From positions 257 to 64,256 of the forward strand of contig JAPPCZ010000023.1 in the NCBI GenBank assembly GCA_028824685.1: 64,000 nt of DNA. The letters are read 5' to 3'. Below the pieces are notes generated by a model. It ran no database searches. It was not told the DNA's origin and saw only the letters and a list, made by a program, of their open reading frames with translations. Positions 37,587-47,718 of this stretch are shown piece by piece. Position numbers and translations under genes: made by a program. Within the stretch, counting starts at the first letter, position 1; every line of letters starts with the position of its first letter. This stretch comes from Candidatus Poribacteria bacterium (GTDB lineage Bacteria; Poribacteria; WGA-4E; WGA-3G).

Positions 37587-38948
37587 ATGAACGCAGTAAA
37601 ACGATGTGATGGTATCAGCCGCCGCGACTTTCTACGCGTTGGTGGATTGGCAGCACTCGGATTAGGATTAGGCGACTTTTTTCACCTGCAACGCGCCTTT
37701 GCAGGCAAAAATACGCTCACAGCAAAAGCAAAATCCTGTATCCTGATATGGCTGGATGGAGGTCCCAGTCATCTGGAAACTTTTGATCCAAAGCCAGATG
37801 CACCGCAAGAGGTTCGCGGGCCACTAAAGACTATTCCCACGAATGTAACGGGCGTGCGTATCAGTGAATGTTTGGAGCAAACAGCAGCCATTATGGATAA
37901 AATTGCTATCATTCGCTCAATGACATCACCGCTTGGTGAACACAGCCTCGGCACCCAATACCTGATGACAGGATATAAACCTACGCCTGCTTTGGAATAT
38001 CCGACTTTTGGTGCAACGGTTGCTTATGTCAGATCTCAAAATAGCCAAAACATTTCTGGAGATGCGCTGTCTGCTTTACCTCCTAACATTGCAGTTCCGA
38101 ATTTCACCGGTCAAGTATCGGGAAACGGATATTTACCGAGTGCCACACGCCAATTTTCTGTTGGTGGTGATGCCAAAAGGTCTGATTTTAAAGTTCGTGA
38201 TCTTGATTTTTATCAAGGTATTGATATTGATCGCCTTTCAAGACGAAGACAATTTGTCAACGCACTTAACGAATTCAGTAGTGCCAAAGATGCTGGCGCA
38301 AAATCAGTTTCGGACCCAGAGTTGGAACGTGCCTACAATCTTATTACATCACCCGAAGCCAAAGCGGCATTCACGCTTTCCGAAGAACCGCAAGAGGTGC
38401 GCCAGCGATATGGCACAGGCGGTGTGAACGGAATCGGGTTGAGTTGTTTATTGGCGCGACGACTTGTTGAAAGAGATGTGCCATTTGTGACAGTCAATCA
38501 TGCTGGTTGGGATACACATCAAGATATATTTAAACTCAAAGAACGTTACCCGACAGACCGAAATGCCCATCTACCATCACTTGATCGGGCACTCAGCGCG
38601 CTGATTCAAGACCTTACAGACAGGCGTATGTTAGATGAGACACTCGTGGTAGTTATGGGTGAGTTTGGTCGCACACCGAAGATTAACTCGCAAGGGGGAC
38701 GCGATCATTGGCCCAACGTGTTCAGTGTGATGCTGGCTGGCGGTGGTGTGCAAGGCGGGCAAATTATTGGCAGCAGCGATTCCCTTGGCGAATTTCCAAA
38801 GGAACGTCCTGTAACGCCATCGGATCTGTCAGCAACAATCTATACGTTACTCGGTATTGACCCAAGTTTAGAACTACATACCAGTGATGGTCGCCCTGTC
38901 CGTGTCGCTCCTGATGGTGCAAAAGTCGTTTTGGAATTGTTTGCATAA
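37587..38948 (+). CDS. DUF1501 family protein (sulfatase-like fold) with Tat signal
   Basis: Tat motif SRRDFLRVGGLAALG. DUF1501 core WLDGGPSHLETFDPKP. RBS GAGGAG before the ATG at 37587. The longer tool ORF from 37476 overlaps the upstream gene and is rejected. Confidence 0.75.
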   Translation: MNAVKRCDGISRRDFLRVGGLAALGLGLGDFFHLQRAFAGKNTLTAKAKSCILIWLDGGPSHLETFDPKPDAPQEVRGPLKTIPTNVTGVRISECLEQTAAIMDKIAIIRSMTSPLGEHSLGTQYLMTGYKPTPALEYPTFGATVAYVRSQNSQNISGDALSALPPNIAVPNFTGQVSGNGYLPSATRQFSVGGDAKRSDFKVRDLDFYQGIDIDRLSRRRQFVNALNEFSSAKDAGAKSVSDPELERAYNLITSPEAKAAFTLSEEPQEVRQRYGTGGVNGIGLSCLLARRLVERDVPFVTVNHAGWDTHQDIFKLKERYPTDRNAHLPSLDRALSALIQDLTDRRMLDETLVVVMGEFGRTPKINSQGGRDHWPNVFSVMLAGGGVQGGQIIGSSDSLGEFPKERPVTPSDLSATIYTLLGIDPSLELHTSDGRPVRVAPDGAKVVLELFA

Positions 38949-39021
38949 ACTAAAATGGATAATTGTATCACTCTAACCAGAGAGGCATTGTTTATCATTA
39001 ATTGAAACTACAGAGAGATTT

Positions 39022-40368
39022 ATGAAACACATACACACAATAATTCTAACCATTATATTTCTCGGAGTGTTTGTTTTGTCTTACGCACAAGATGAGATGA
39101 AAGAGAATTATTGGAATCAGTTCCGTGGTCCGAATGGAGATGGTACGGTAACTTCCATTAACCTACCTATCGAATTTAACGAAACAAAGAACGTTCGCTG
39201 GAAAACACCAATTCACAATAAAGGCTATTCATCACCTGTTGTTTGGGGAAATCAGATTTGGGTGACAACCGCGCGTGAGGATGGAAGCGAACTTTTTGCT
39301 GTCTGTGTGGACTTGAATAGTGGCGACATCATATACGACATCAAGGTTTTTGATGTGTTGAAGCCGCAACTTGAACATCCCGATCTCAATAGTCATGCTT
39401 CTCCTACCCCTATTGTGGAGGATGGACGTATCTATGTTCATTATGGAACTTATGGCACTGCTTGTCTGGACACCAAAACGGGTGATAAACTTTGGGAACG
39501 AAGAAATCTCAAATGTGATCATCGGGTGCGTCCTGCCTCTTCGCCTATTATTGATGGTGAGACAATATTTCTGACATTCGATGGCGTTGATGTGCAGTTT
39601 ATTGCCGCACTGAACAAAAATACTGGTGACACCTTGTGGTTAGAACATAGAAAGGTTGATTCAGATTTTGAGGCTGTCCTCAGAGCGAAGGGCATTACCG
39701 ATACCGAAAAAACCAAAAAGGAAAAACCGAACGATAACAGGAAATCTTACGCAACGCCGGCAATCATCACATATAATGGAAAGAAGCAATTGGTGAGTCC
39801 CGCTGCAGAAGTCACAATTTCTTATGACCCGAAAACAGGTGATGAACTCTGGCGAATTCGGCATGAAGGATGGGGTTGGAACGTGGCATGCCGACCAATT
39901 TTTGCGCACAATCTCGTCTATTTTACTACCGGCATTGAAAAACGGTTAGTGGCGGTTGATCCTTCTGGCACAGGCGATATTACCGATACGCACATTGTTT
40001 GGAGCATCCGCAAGGGTGTACCTGAAATACCATCACCGCTGATTGTGAACGACTTAATGTTTATGGTCAACGAGAGCGGTGTAGCTTCTTGTGTAGATGC
40101 AAAGAATGGGAATCCTATATGGAAAGGGCGCCTCGGTGGAAAATATTGGGCATCACCTCTATATGCAGATGGAAAAATCTACTTTTTTAGCATGGACGGG
40201 AGAGTGTCAGTTATTTCTGCGGGACGGAAGTTCAAATTGCTTGCACAGAACGAATTTGATGGTGAATTCATCGCATCTGGTGCTGTCGCAGGCAATACGT
40301 TAATTCTACGTTCACTCACCCATCTATATTGTATTGAAGAACCAAATCCATCCGAGATTGAGGAATAA
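39022..40368 (+). CDS. secreted PQQ-like β-propeller repeat protein
   Basis: Signal peptide present. Repeated G(D).LWR/LWE motifs (GDKLWERRN, GDTLWLEHR, GDELWRIRH, NPIWKGRLGG) typical of PQQ/BamB-like propellers. Confidence 0.6.
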   Translation: MKHIHTIILTIIFLGVFVLSYAQDEMKENYWNQFRGPNGDGTVTSINLPIEFNETKNVRWKTPIHNKGYSSPVVWGNQIWVTTAREDGSELFAVCVDLNSGDIIYDIKVFDVLKPQLEHPDLNSHASPTPIVEDGRIYVHYGTYGTACLDTKTGDKLWERRNLKCDHRVRPASSPIIDGETIFLTFDGVDVQFIAALNKNTGDTLWLEHRKVDSDFEAVLRAKGITDTEKTKKEKPNDNRKSYATPAIITYNGKKQLVSPAAEVTISYDPKTGDELWRIRHEGWGWNVACRPIFAHNLVYFTTGIEKRLVAVDPSGTGDITDTHIVWSIRKGVPEIPSPLIVNDLMFMVNESGVASCVDAKNGNPIWKGRLGGKYWASPLYADGKIYFFSMDGRVSVISAGRKFKLLAQNEFDGEFIASGAVAGNTLILRSLTHLYCIEEPNPSEIEE

Positions 40369-40394
40369 AATAAAGATTAGACAAGGACGGAACA

Positions 40395-42638
40395 ATGAAA
40401 GCAATTCAGTCAACCCTCATAACATTGACATTAACAGCTTTGCTTTTCTTGTATGGTTATGTATACCAAAATATATCCTTAGCAAACAACGATCAAACTA
40501 ACTTTGATACATTAAAACAAAACATCGCGAAACCGTCTGACCGTGTTGACTTTGAAAATGACTTGATACCGATTTTTACTAAGTTTGGGTGTAATGCGGG
40601 GGCATGCCACGGTTCAGCCGCTGGTAGGGGCGAGTTCAAGTTATCACTCTTTGGTGGAAATCCGCAATCAGACTATGAGACGATGGTCCGACAACTTGCT
40701 GGACGGCGTATCAATCTGATGCACCCGAAACAAAGCCTTGTCATCCTAAAACCGACAGCACAAACCAGCCATGGTGGCGGCCATGTTCTGGACGAAAATG
40801 GGGAAGCCGCACAATTACTCCACGACTGGATTCAACAAGGCGCACGTTATGAAACGCTGCGTCAGTTGGAACGCGTTGAAATATCACCACAAAAACAGGT
40901 TATAGCGAATCCCGCAAACCCTATCCAACTAAGTGCAAATGCTCATTTTTCAGATGGAACAATGAAAGATGTTACGCGATGGACTGTTTTTACGCCAGAG
41001 GATACCTCAGCGATTGAAATTGACGCAGCCACTGCCGTAGCCAAATTGCATCGCCGTGGTCGGCACATCATTCTTGCTCGCTATCTCACGGAAGTTGTCC
41101 CGATTGAACTTATCGCTCCTTTGAACGAAACACCCATAAAGAATAACCAAAAAAGGGACGAAACGCACATATCTTCTGGAACGGTTGATACAAGTATTGA
41201 TAGTGAAATTCTTAAATTGCTCTCAACGCTGCGGTTACCTGTGTCCCCAGCTGCCGATGATGCCACCTTCTTGCGTAGAGTGACGCTTGATCTCACTGGA
41301 CGTCTCCCAACGCCAGATGCAGTGACTGCATTTCTTGCAGATTCAGATACAGATAAACGGAAAACGTTGGTAGATACCTTACTTCAGTCGGATGAATTTA
41401 ACGAGTATTGGACACTGCAGTTAGCGAAGTTGCTACGGATTGGCGCACGGGATAGAAACACACAAGGCGCGTTTGTCTACCATCAATGGCTATCGGAACA
41501 GATTCGCGAAGGTGTTGGATATGATCAGGTAGCGCGTTCGGTTATTTTGGCAATAGGTGATTCCCACGAGGTCGGCCCGGCGAATTTTTACCGCACCGTT
41601 GATGGGCCGCGTGAACAAGCCGAATTCATGAGTGAACTCTTTATGGGAGCGCGACTGCGATGTGCAAACTGCCATAACCATCCGCTTGACAAGTGGACAC
41701 AGGACGACTATCACGGATTAGCGGCGATTTTTGCCAAAATGGAAACTGAACAGGTCGTCAAGGTAAAACAATCTGGTGAAATTATCCATCCCGCAACACG
41801 CGAAAAAGCTGCGCCGCGGATTCCCGGGGATCAGTTTTTGCCTACCAATGTCGCTGACGGTCGTCTCGAATTGGTGGACTGGCTAACAAGCGCAGATAAT
41901 CCGTATTTTGCCAAAGCCATCGTCAACCGATTGTGGAAGGCGATGATGGGACGCGGATTGGTCGAACCTGTTGACGATTTTCGGTCTACCAATCCTGCCA
42001 CGCATCCTGAATTGCTGACAACGTTGGCAGCTGATTTTGTGGCGCACGGCTACGACCTGAGACGGACCCTCAAGCGTATAACGCTTAGTGAGACTTACGA
42101 GCGTAGTTCAAACGCGCTTCCGCAAAACAAGGCAGATGACCGATTCTATTCTCATGCGCTACAGAAACCGCTTGCGCCAGAGGTGTTGGCTGATGCTATT
42201 TCGGATGTGCTCGGTGTGCCTGATATCTATGGAGATCAACCAGAAGGGACACGCGCTATCTCTCTGTTTAATCCGAATACCGAATCCGATGCACTGGATA
42301 TTCTTGGCAGATGTTCGCGTGAAACTTCATGTGAGAATTCTACTGAAGCAACGGATGGACTTCAACGTAAACTGCATCTGTTCAATGGCGACCTTCTCAA
42401 CGCACGCATCGGTGTTCCGAATAGTCGACTTGATAAGCTGATGTCAGATGGCAAATCACCGATGGAGATTGTGAATGAATTTTATCTCGCAGCGTTAAGT
42501 CGGCAACCAACAGATAAAGAGCAGCAGTTCTGGAAACAGCACATTGATATTGAGGCATCTGCCAATTCCCAACGAGCAGTCCTTGAAGATATGGTTTGGA
42601 GTCTACTAACTTGCAGTGAATTTGTAACCAATCACTAA
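40395..42638 (+). CDS. PSCyt2 (DUF1549) / Ig-like / PSD1 (DUF1553) domain protein
   Basis: FENDLIPIFTKFGCNAGACHGS (DUF1549 Cys motif) and ...RCANCHNHPLDKWTQDDYHGLAAIF (DUF1553 motif). Architecture typical of Planctomycetes/Verrucomicrobia. Confidence 0.75.
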   Translation: MKAIQSTLITLTLTALLFLYGYVYQNISLANNDQTNFDTLKQNIAKPSDRVDFENDLIPIFTKFGCNAGACHGSAAGRGEFKLSLFGGNPQSDYETMVRQLAGRRINLMHPKQSLVILKPTAQTSHGGGHVLDENGEAAQLLHDWIQQGARYETLRQLERVEISPQKQVIANPANPIQLSANAHFSDGTMKDVTRWTVFTPEDTSAIEIDAATAVAKLHRRGRHIILARYLTEVVPIELIAPLNETPIKNNQKRDETHISSGTVDTSIDSEILKLLSTLRLPVSPAADDATFLRRVTLDLTGRLPTPDAVTAFLADSDTDKRKTLVDTLLQSDEFNEYWTLQLAKLLRIGARDRNTQGAFVYHQWLSEQIREGVGYDQVARSVILAIGDSHEVGPANFYRTVDGPREQAEFMSELFMGARLRCANCHNHPLDKWTQDDYHGLAAIFAKMETEQVVKVKQSGEIIHPATREKAAPRIPGDQFLPTNVADGRLELVDWLTSADNPYFAKAIVNRLWKAMMGRGLVEPVDDFRSTNPATHPELLTTLAADFVAHGYDLRRTLKRITLSETYERSSNALPQNKADDRFYSHALQKPLAPEVLADAISDVLGVPDIYGDQPEGTRAISLFNPNTESDALDILGRCSRETSCENSTEATDGLQRKLHLFNGDLLNARIGVPNSRLDKLMSDGKSPMEIVNEFYLAALSRQPTDKEQQFWKQHIDIEASANSQRAVLEDMVWSLLTCSEFVTNH

Positions 42639-42642
42639 TTCT

Positions 42643-42750
42643 CGTAGGTTGGGTAGAGCGATGAATGACCAAAAACTCTTCTGCCTATCAAGCATTCCTT
42701 ATTTTCAATGACACATTCATGGAAACAGGATTATAGCGAAACCCAACAAA
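42643..42750. repeat. MITE family 2 copy split by a ~75-bp insertion
   Basis: cgtaggttgggtagagcg ... [insert containing the gaatgacc/cattcat inverted segment] ... agcgaaacccaacaaac. Confidence 0.45.
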
Positions 42751-42797
42751 CAAGTTGATTAAGGTTTACCATTTCGGAATATATCGGAGATTCATCA

Positions 42798-44150
42798 ATG
42801 AAGCGCGAGCAGCCCCCAAATTTAGCAGTACCTATCTTTAGTTTCATATTTGTCCTGATGGCTGTGTCCTTTGCTATCTCCGCAGATTCCAAAGCAGAAA
42901 TTGATTTTGAGAAACAGATTCTACCTATCCTTCAGAATCGCTGCTTCAGTTGCCACAGTGCGCCAAAGATTGATGCCGATGGGAACATCACGAAGCCAAA
43001 AGGAGATGTCCAACTGGATAGCGTCAAAGGTATTGAGGAGAGCAGGCACGGAGAGGTTATTATCGCAGGTGAACCTGATGATTCCCTTCTCTATCAACGT
43101 ATAACCTTGCCCGAAGGCAATACCGGCATTATGCCGCCGCCAGAGGAAGGCGATCCCTTGACGGAGCAGCAAACTGACCTTATACACAAGTGGATTGAAG
43201 ATGGGGCAAACTATGGTAATTGGAAAGGAAATCAATCTCAGATCAAACCATCAAGTGCCGATAACAATCCTCCCCAACTTACCGTCATGCCACCGATAAC
43301 TTCTCTTGCGTTTTCTCACGATGGAAAATCTGTTGTGGCATGTTCACAAGCGGGTTTGCAGGTTTTCGATTGGCCAACACTCAACCTACAGAAGATTATT
43401 AAGGTTCAATCTAATAACATTCACGATCTCGCGTTTTCATCTGATGGAAATCAGTTAGCTGTTGGCGGAGGGAATCCTGCAACCGAAGGCATCGTAGAGA
43501 TTTTTTCATGGCCTGAAGTAAAATCGCTGCGTGTACTAAAGAAACATCACGATTCAGTCACGGCAGTGGCGTGGCGAGATGAATCAGTTCTCGCCTCAGC
43601 GAGTTTGGACCGGCGTATTATCCTTTGGGACCTGCACACTGGGACTCCGATTCAAGACCTGAAAGGTCATTCAAAAGGAGTGTCATCCCTCTGTTTCCTG
43701 AATGATAAAGAAAAACTTGTGAGTACGGGAATAGATCAAAGTGTCCGCGTTTGGGATTTGACGTCTGGTGAACTGAGCCGAAGCATGAACAATCATACGC
43801 TGCCCGTGCATGACCTTGCACTGCGTCCGGGTGAGGCAGAGCTTCCTGTGATAGTCTCAGTAGGTGATGACCGTACCGTCCGATTCTGGCAGCCAACCAT
43901 TGGTAGAATGGTGAAGTTTGCACGGCTCAAGGTAGCACCACTTGACGTGGTATGGTTAGAAGATGGTTCAAAGGTTGTGGCATCTTGTGCCGATGGGGTT
44001 ATCCGTATCATTGACCCAGATTTGGTAGAGGTTACAGATAAAATTCCTGCCTTAAGCGGTTGGGCATATTCCCTAACCGTTCATCCCACAGACGGTAGCA
44101 TCGTTATCGGTGGACAGAATGGACAAATCAAACGGGTTATTCCTAAATAA
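42798..44150 (+). CDS. secreted PSCyt1 (planctomycete cytochrome-c-like CxxCH) domain protein fused to WD40 repeats
   Basis: ILQNRCFSCHSAPKIDADGN (PSCyt1 motif). Then WD40 blades (WDLHTGTP, VRVWDLTSGE, VRFWQPT). RBS GGAGA upstream. Confidence 0.65.
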   Translation: MKREQPPNLAVPIFSFIFVLMAVSFAISADSKAEIDFEKQILPILQNRCFSCHSAPKIDADGNITKPKGDVQLDSVKGIEESRHGEVIIAGEPDDSLLYQRITLPEGNTGIMPPPEEGDPLTEQQTDLIHKWIEDGANYGNWKGNQSQIKPSSADNNPPQLTVMPPITSLAFSHDGKSVVACSQAGLQVFDWPTLNLQKIIKVQSNNIHDLAFSSDGNQLAVGGGNPATEGIVEIFSWPEVKSLRVLKKHHDSVTAVAWRDESVLASASLDRRIILWDLHTGTPIQDLKGHSKGVSSLCFLNDKEKLVSTGIDQSVRVWDLTSGELSRSMNNHTLPVHDLALRPGEAELPVIVSVGDDRTVRFWQPTIGRMVKFARLKVAPLDVVWLEDGSKVVASCADGVIRIIDPDLVEVTDKIPALSGWAYSLTVHPTDGSIVIGGQNGQIKRVIPK

Positions 44151-44190
44151 CTGGAATAGTGGAGTGTCTACCGAAATTTTGCAGGTAAAG

Positions 44191-44305
44191 GTCGCGATTC
44201 GGAGATCGCTCCTACCAATACTGCCTGCTCTTTGTAGGAGGGAACTCCGGTGAATGCCTAAATGGCATTCATACCCAGGGAACGCCTATAGGCGTTCATA
44301 CCGTT
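44191..44305. repeat. composite repeat: MITE family 1 arms plus two short hairpins (GAATGCC-taaat-GGCATTC and GAACGCC-tata-GGCGTTC)
   Basis: gtcgcgattcggagatcgctcctacc and tgtaggagggaactccgg are family-1 arms. They are followed by two near-identical perfect hairpins. Confidence 0.5.
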
Positions 44306-44446
44306 GATTTCTTGATTTGGATTCCCGACTATTGCTGATACTTACAATTTTAGACCGGACAGACTAATGGTATTGTGCCACAGATTATCAGGTGCTACTG
44401 CAGGTTCCAATGGTCTAATTCACGTTATACTTCAGGAGAATTATAA

Positions 44447-45265
44447 ATGCAAAAATACCAATGGTTAGTTGTTATCCTTTTAATTGGTTGGACGGTTTCC
44501 TTTGTGAGTTGCACGAAAGTGCAGCAAAAGTCTATACCAGTTGTCTCTGTCTCTGGTGTATTGAATGCAAAACCGGTGGATGTATTGATTTATACAGGTA
44601 GCGCCTCGTGGATAACATTGGAAAATGCAAGACTTGAGGCGAAAACGGCACAAGGACATTTAGAATCCAAGGGAATTCGAATAGCGATTACAGAAAATGA
44701 TGAAACACTTAAGAACTGGATGGTGGAGACAACAGAAAACGGTGCAGTGAATGTCTGCATCCTTTATGGCGTTTTACCCTCAACAATCTATGCCCCAGGA
44801 AATACTGAACCCGACGGATCAATCGTTGAAAACTGGATTGAAACAACAGATGGTGATACGATTTTGAATCAGGGAGATTATTTAGGCTATTACAGTTCAG
44901 ACGATACACCCAACTATAAGGCACCTCTGCAAAACCTTATGGATCTTCCTGATATTGATATTAATGTTGAGCATTTTGAGGACCTATTTATGCAGGTCAC
45001 TGAGAGCGGCAGAACATTAACCCCAAGTTTAGCCAATTTTGAATCGGACAGACCCTTCCCTTTGGAACAACTCGGAGCTGAATGGTCCGCTGAAAAGATA
45101 TTTGCAAGTGATACCGGGGATATTCAGGCGACATTGGCAGATCCTATAATTCTTCGAGATGGCAATCGAGGTAGACTTGCGATGGTTCACCAAACACATC
45201 ATGGAGATAATCCGAAAGGGGCAGTTGCGGCGGAGATAATCATCAATTATCTATTAGCTAAATAG
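44447..45265 (+). CDS. lipoprotein of unknown function (paralog of 46801..47661)
   Basis: Lipobox SFVSC. Conserved block VNVCILYGVLPSTIYAPGNTEPDGSIVENWIETTDGDTILN is shared with the paralog. Confidence 0.45.
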   Translation: MQKYQWLVVILLIGWTVSFVSCTKVQQKSIPVVSVSGVLNAKPVDVLIYTGSASWITLENARLEAKTAQGHLESKGIRIAITENDETLKNWMVETTENGAVNVCILYGVLPSTIYAPGNTEPDGSIVENWIETTDGDTILNQGDYLGYYSSDDTPNYKAPLQNLMDLPDIDINVEHFEDLFMQVTESGRTLTPSLANFESDRPFPLEQLGAEWSAEKIFASDTGDIQATLADPIILRDGNRGRLAMVHQTHHGDNPKGAVAAEIIINYLLAK

Positions 45266-45334
45266 GTTTAAGTATAATACTATCCAAACTACTTATCTGA
45301 TAAAATAAAACTATGATCTTCATTCAGTACAATT

Positions 45335-46057
45335 CTAATCCTGTTTATATTCCAAACAAGACAAAACATCATATAGATTTGAGATCAAATAGTCTGGTTG
45401 TGCATCCGCTATTTTGGGGATTGATATACCAGATTGACGATCTATCAAAACGCTTGTCATACCTGCCCGATTAGCACCAATAATGTCATTTTGAATGGAA
45501 TCTCCCACAAGTACAGCCTCTTTCAGCAAAACGTTAGCACGTTCACAAGCCACTTTGAAGATTTCAAATTTCGGTTTCCGCACACCGATTTCACCCGAAA
45601 TTGTCAACGACTGAATACGTTCGGTTAGTCCCAGGTTTTGAACTTTAGAAAGTTGACTGTCAGTATGTTCATCGTGTGCACCATTTGTAATGATACCGAC
45701 ATGGTATGCATGTAATTTTTCAAACACTGCAACATCTTCAAAAAGACGTAAACTCGTGATATAGCGCGTACTGAGAAAGTCGTTGAGTTCTTCTGTAAAT
45801 TTACTTAGGGACAGATTAAGTTCTTTGAATAAATGTGGGAAGCGTGAGTCTCTCACTTCTGCCATAGAGCATTTCCCCGCATCAAGTTGCTGAAAGAGAT
45901 TCTGATGAACTTTTGCCCATGCCTTTGTAAGTGCCTCTTCCGAAACATCTGGCTCATGCTTGCAAAAAAGTTTAAATGTTTCTCTTACTGCGAAATTCCA
46001 TGCTGTATCGGAGTCACAAAGTGTATTATCAAGGTCAAAGAATACTGCCTTAATCAT
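45335..46057 (-). CDS. HAD-superfamily hydrolase (subfamily IA-like)
   Basis: Motif I FFDLDNTLCDS. Motif III/IV region LVGDSIQNDIIGANRAGM. 240 aa. Confidence 0.75.
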   Translation of the reverse strand: MIKAVFFDLDNTLCDSDTAWNFAVRETFKLFCKHEPDVSEEALTKAWAKVHQNLFQQLDAGKCSMAEVRDSRFPHLFKELNLSLSKFTEELNDFLSTRYITSLRLFEDVAVFEKLHAYHVGIITNGAHDEHTDSQLSKVQNLGLTERIQSLTISGEIGVRKPKFEIFKVACERANVLLKEAVLVGDSIQNDIIGANRAGMTSVLIDRQSGISIPKIADAQPDYLISNLYDVLSCLEYKQD

Positions 46058-46059
46058 AT

Positions 46060-46450
46060 TTCCTCACATTAAGAAATTCGAATGGTTTTTTCGAAATAAC
46101 GGCATAATGAGCAATAAGTCTCCCATGTTTGAGACGTAGCGAATCGTGTTATAGTAAATTATGTAAATAAGTTTACATATATTCTGTAGGAGCGATCTCC
46201 GAATCGCGACGAAACCACCAATAGTCGGGAATCCAAATCAACGGTATGAATCATGGCGAATCATGTAGAATACCAAAAGCGTATTCTACCAAGCGCATTC
46301 GTTTTTAGGCATTCGCCGGAGTTCTCTCCTACAGTTCAGGTGTAAAGTTAATTGTAGAATCCACTATAATAAATTCGGATGGTTTTTTGAAATCACGACA
46401 TAAGGAACAGTAAAACTTCCCTGGTTTGAGACGTAGCGAATCGTGTTAAA
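46060..46450. repeat. composite repeat region: ~90-bp direct duplication flanking an interrupted MITE family-1 copy
   Basis: ttcgaatggttttttcgaaataacggcataa...tttgagacgtagcgaatcgtgtta at 46070-46150 is repeated at 46370-46447. Between the two copies, the MITE family-1 arms (46184-46233 and 46316-46339) are separated by an ~85-bp insert containing the GTAGAATAC-caaaagc-GTATTCTAC palindrome. Confidence 0.45.
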
Positions 46451-46800
46451 ACGTGCCATCATAAAAATTTGCTACTGACCGTATTGCATAGTATAATTTC
46501 ATAGACACTTTATTTAAACCCAAGTTGCCACTTATTTAATACCATTCTATTAATTATTGTCTCATTTTAAGGTTATTCTGATTGTAATGTCTTAGGACAC
46601 AAACTAAAAGTTTGTGCTACAAAAAGAGACATTATTTGTTAGAAATGGTATAAGACCCCTCTTGTAGGAGGGGTTTTTAACCCCGATTTAAAACAGAAAT
46701 CATCGGAATCAGTGCAAAAACCTGGTTTTCAATAAAAAACAAAGTCTTTCTGTTTGAAATCTTATAGGTAGCAACTTAGGTAATTTAAGGAGAATTATTA

Positions 46801-47661
46801 GTGATAAAATATCAATGGTTAGTAATTGTCGTTTTAATTGGTTGTATAGTTTCCTTTGCCAGTTGCAATAAAACGCAGCAATTAAAGGTATCGGTTGTAC
46901 CGGATGTAGAACCTGCAGAAATAGTGGAACAGGAAACAACAGATATTATACCAGTTGATCCTATAGACGGTTCAGTAGATGTTTTGATTTATATAGGTAA
47001 AACCTTGTGGATAAGCCCGGAAAATGCAGAAAATGAAGCGGAAATGACAAAATTTCTCTTAGAATCAGAGAGTGTTCAAGTGGAGATAACAAAAAGTAAG
47101 GAAGCTGTCAGAGATTGGATGCTGCAAACAACCGCAAACGGTGTCGTCAATGTTTGCATCCTTTACGGTATTTTACCTTCCACGATTTATCCATCAGGAA
47201 ATGCGCAACCCGATGGTTCTGTCGCCGAAAACTGGATTGAAACAACGGATGGTGATACAATTTTGAATCATGCGGATTATTTTGGGTATAACAGTTCAGA
47301 AGGGACAGCCAACGAACGTGGTGCTATGCAAAATCTAATGGACCTCCCTGAAATTGAGATTGATGTATATGAACACAACGTACCTATGTATGTTACAGCA
47401 GAAGGTAGTAGATTAGCCCCAAGCATGGTACATTTTAGTTCTGATAGACCTTTTCCTTTAGATCAACTTGAGGATGAATGGTTTGCTGAAAAGATCCTTG
47501 CGAGTAATACTGGGAATACCCAGCAGGCAACCTTGGCAGATCCCATCATTGTGCGAGATGGTGATCGTGGTAGATTAGCGATTGTTTTTCATACCCTATA
47601 TAAAAATAATCCGAAAGCCGAAGTTGCTGCACAGATAATCAACTATCTCTTAACGCAATAG
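46801..47661 (+). CDS. lipoprotein of unknown function (paralog of 44447..45265)
   Basis: GTG start with AAGGAG RBS. Lipobox SFASC. Shared blocks VNVCILYGILPSTIYPSGNAQPDGSVAENWIETTDGDTILN and LADPIIVRDGDRGRLA. Confidence 0.45.
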   Translation: MIKYQWLVIVVLIGCIVSFASCNKTQQLKVSVVPDVEPAEIVEQETTDIIPVDPIDGSVDVLIYIGKTLWISPENAENEAEMTKFLLESESVQVEITKSKEAVRDWMLQTTANGVVNVCILYGILPSTIYPSGNAQPDGSVAENWIETTDGDTILNHADYFGYNSSEGTANERGAMQNLMDLPEIEIDVYEHNVPMYVTAEGSRLAPSMVHFSSDRPFPLDQLEDEWFAEKILASNTGNTQQATLADPIIVRDGDRGRLAIVFHTLYKNNPKAEVAAQIINYLLTQ

Positions 47662-47718
47662 GATCAAGCAGATTGCCTATACAAGACGCTCATCTGTCAG
47701 AATAGACTGTGGTGCTTG

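Noticed and set aside
4231-46339. Whether the palindromic GTAGGAGCGACCTCC repeats could be a CRISPR array
   Set aside because: Copies are dispersed across the window in different intergenic regions, are internally palindromic, and are not separated by regular unique spacers. No cas genes are present.
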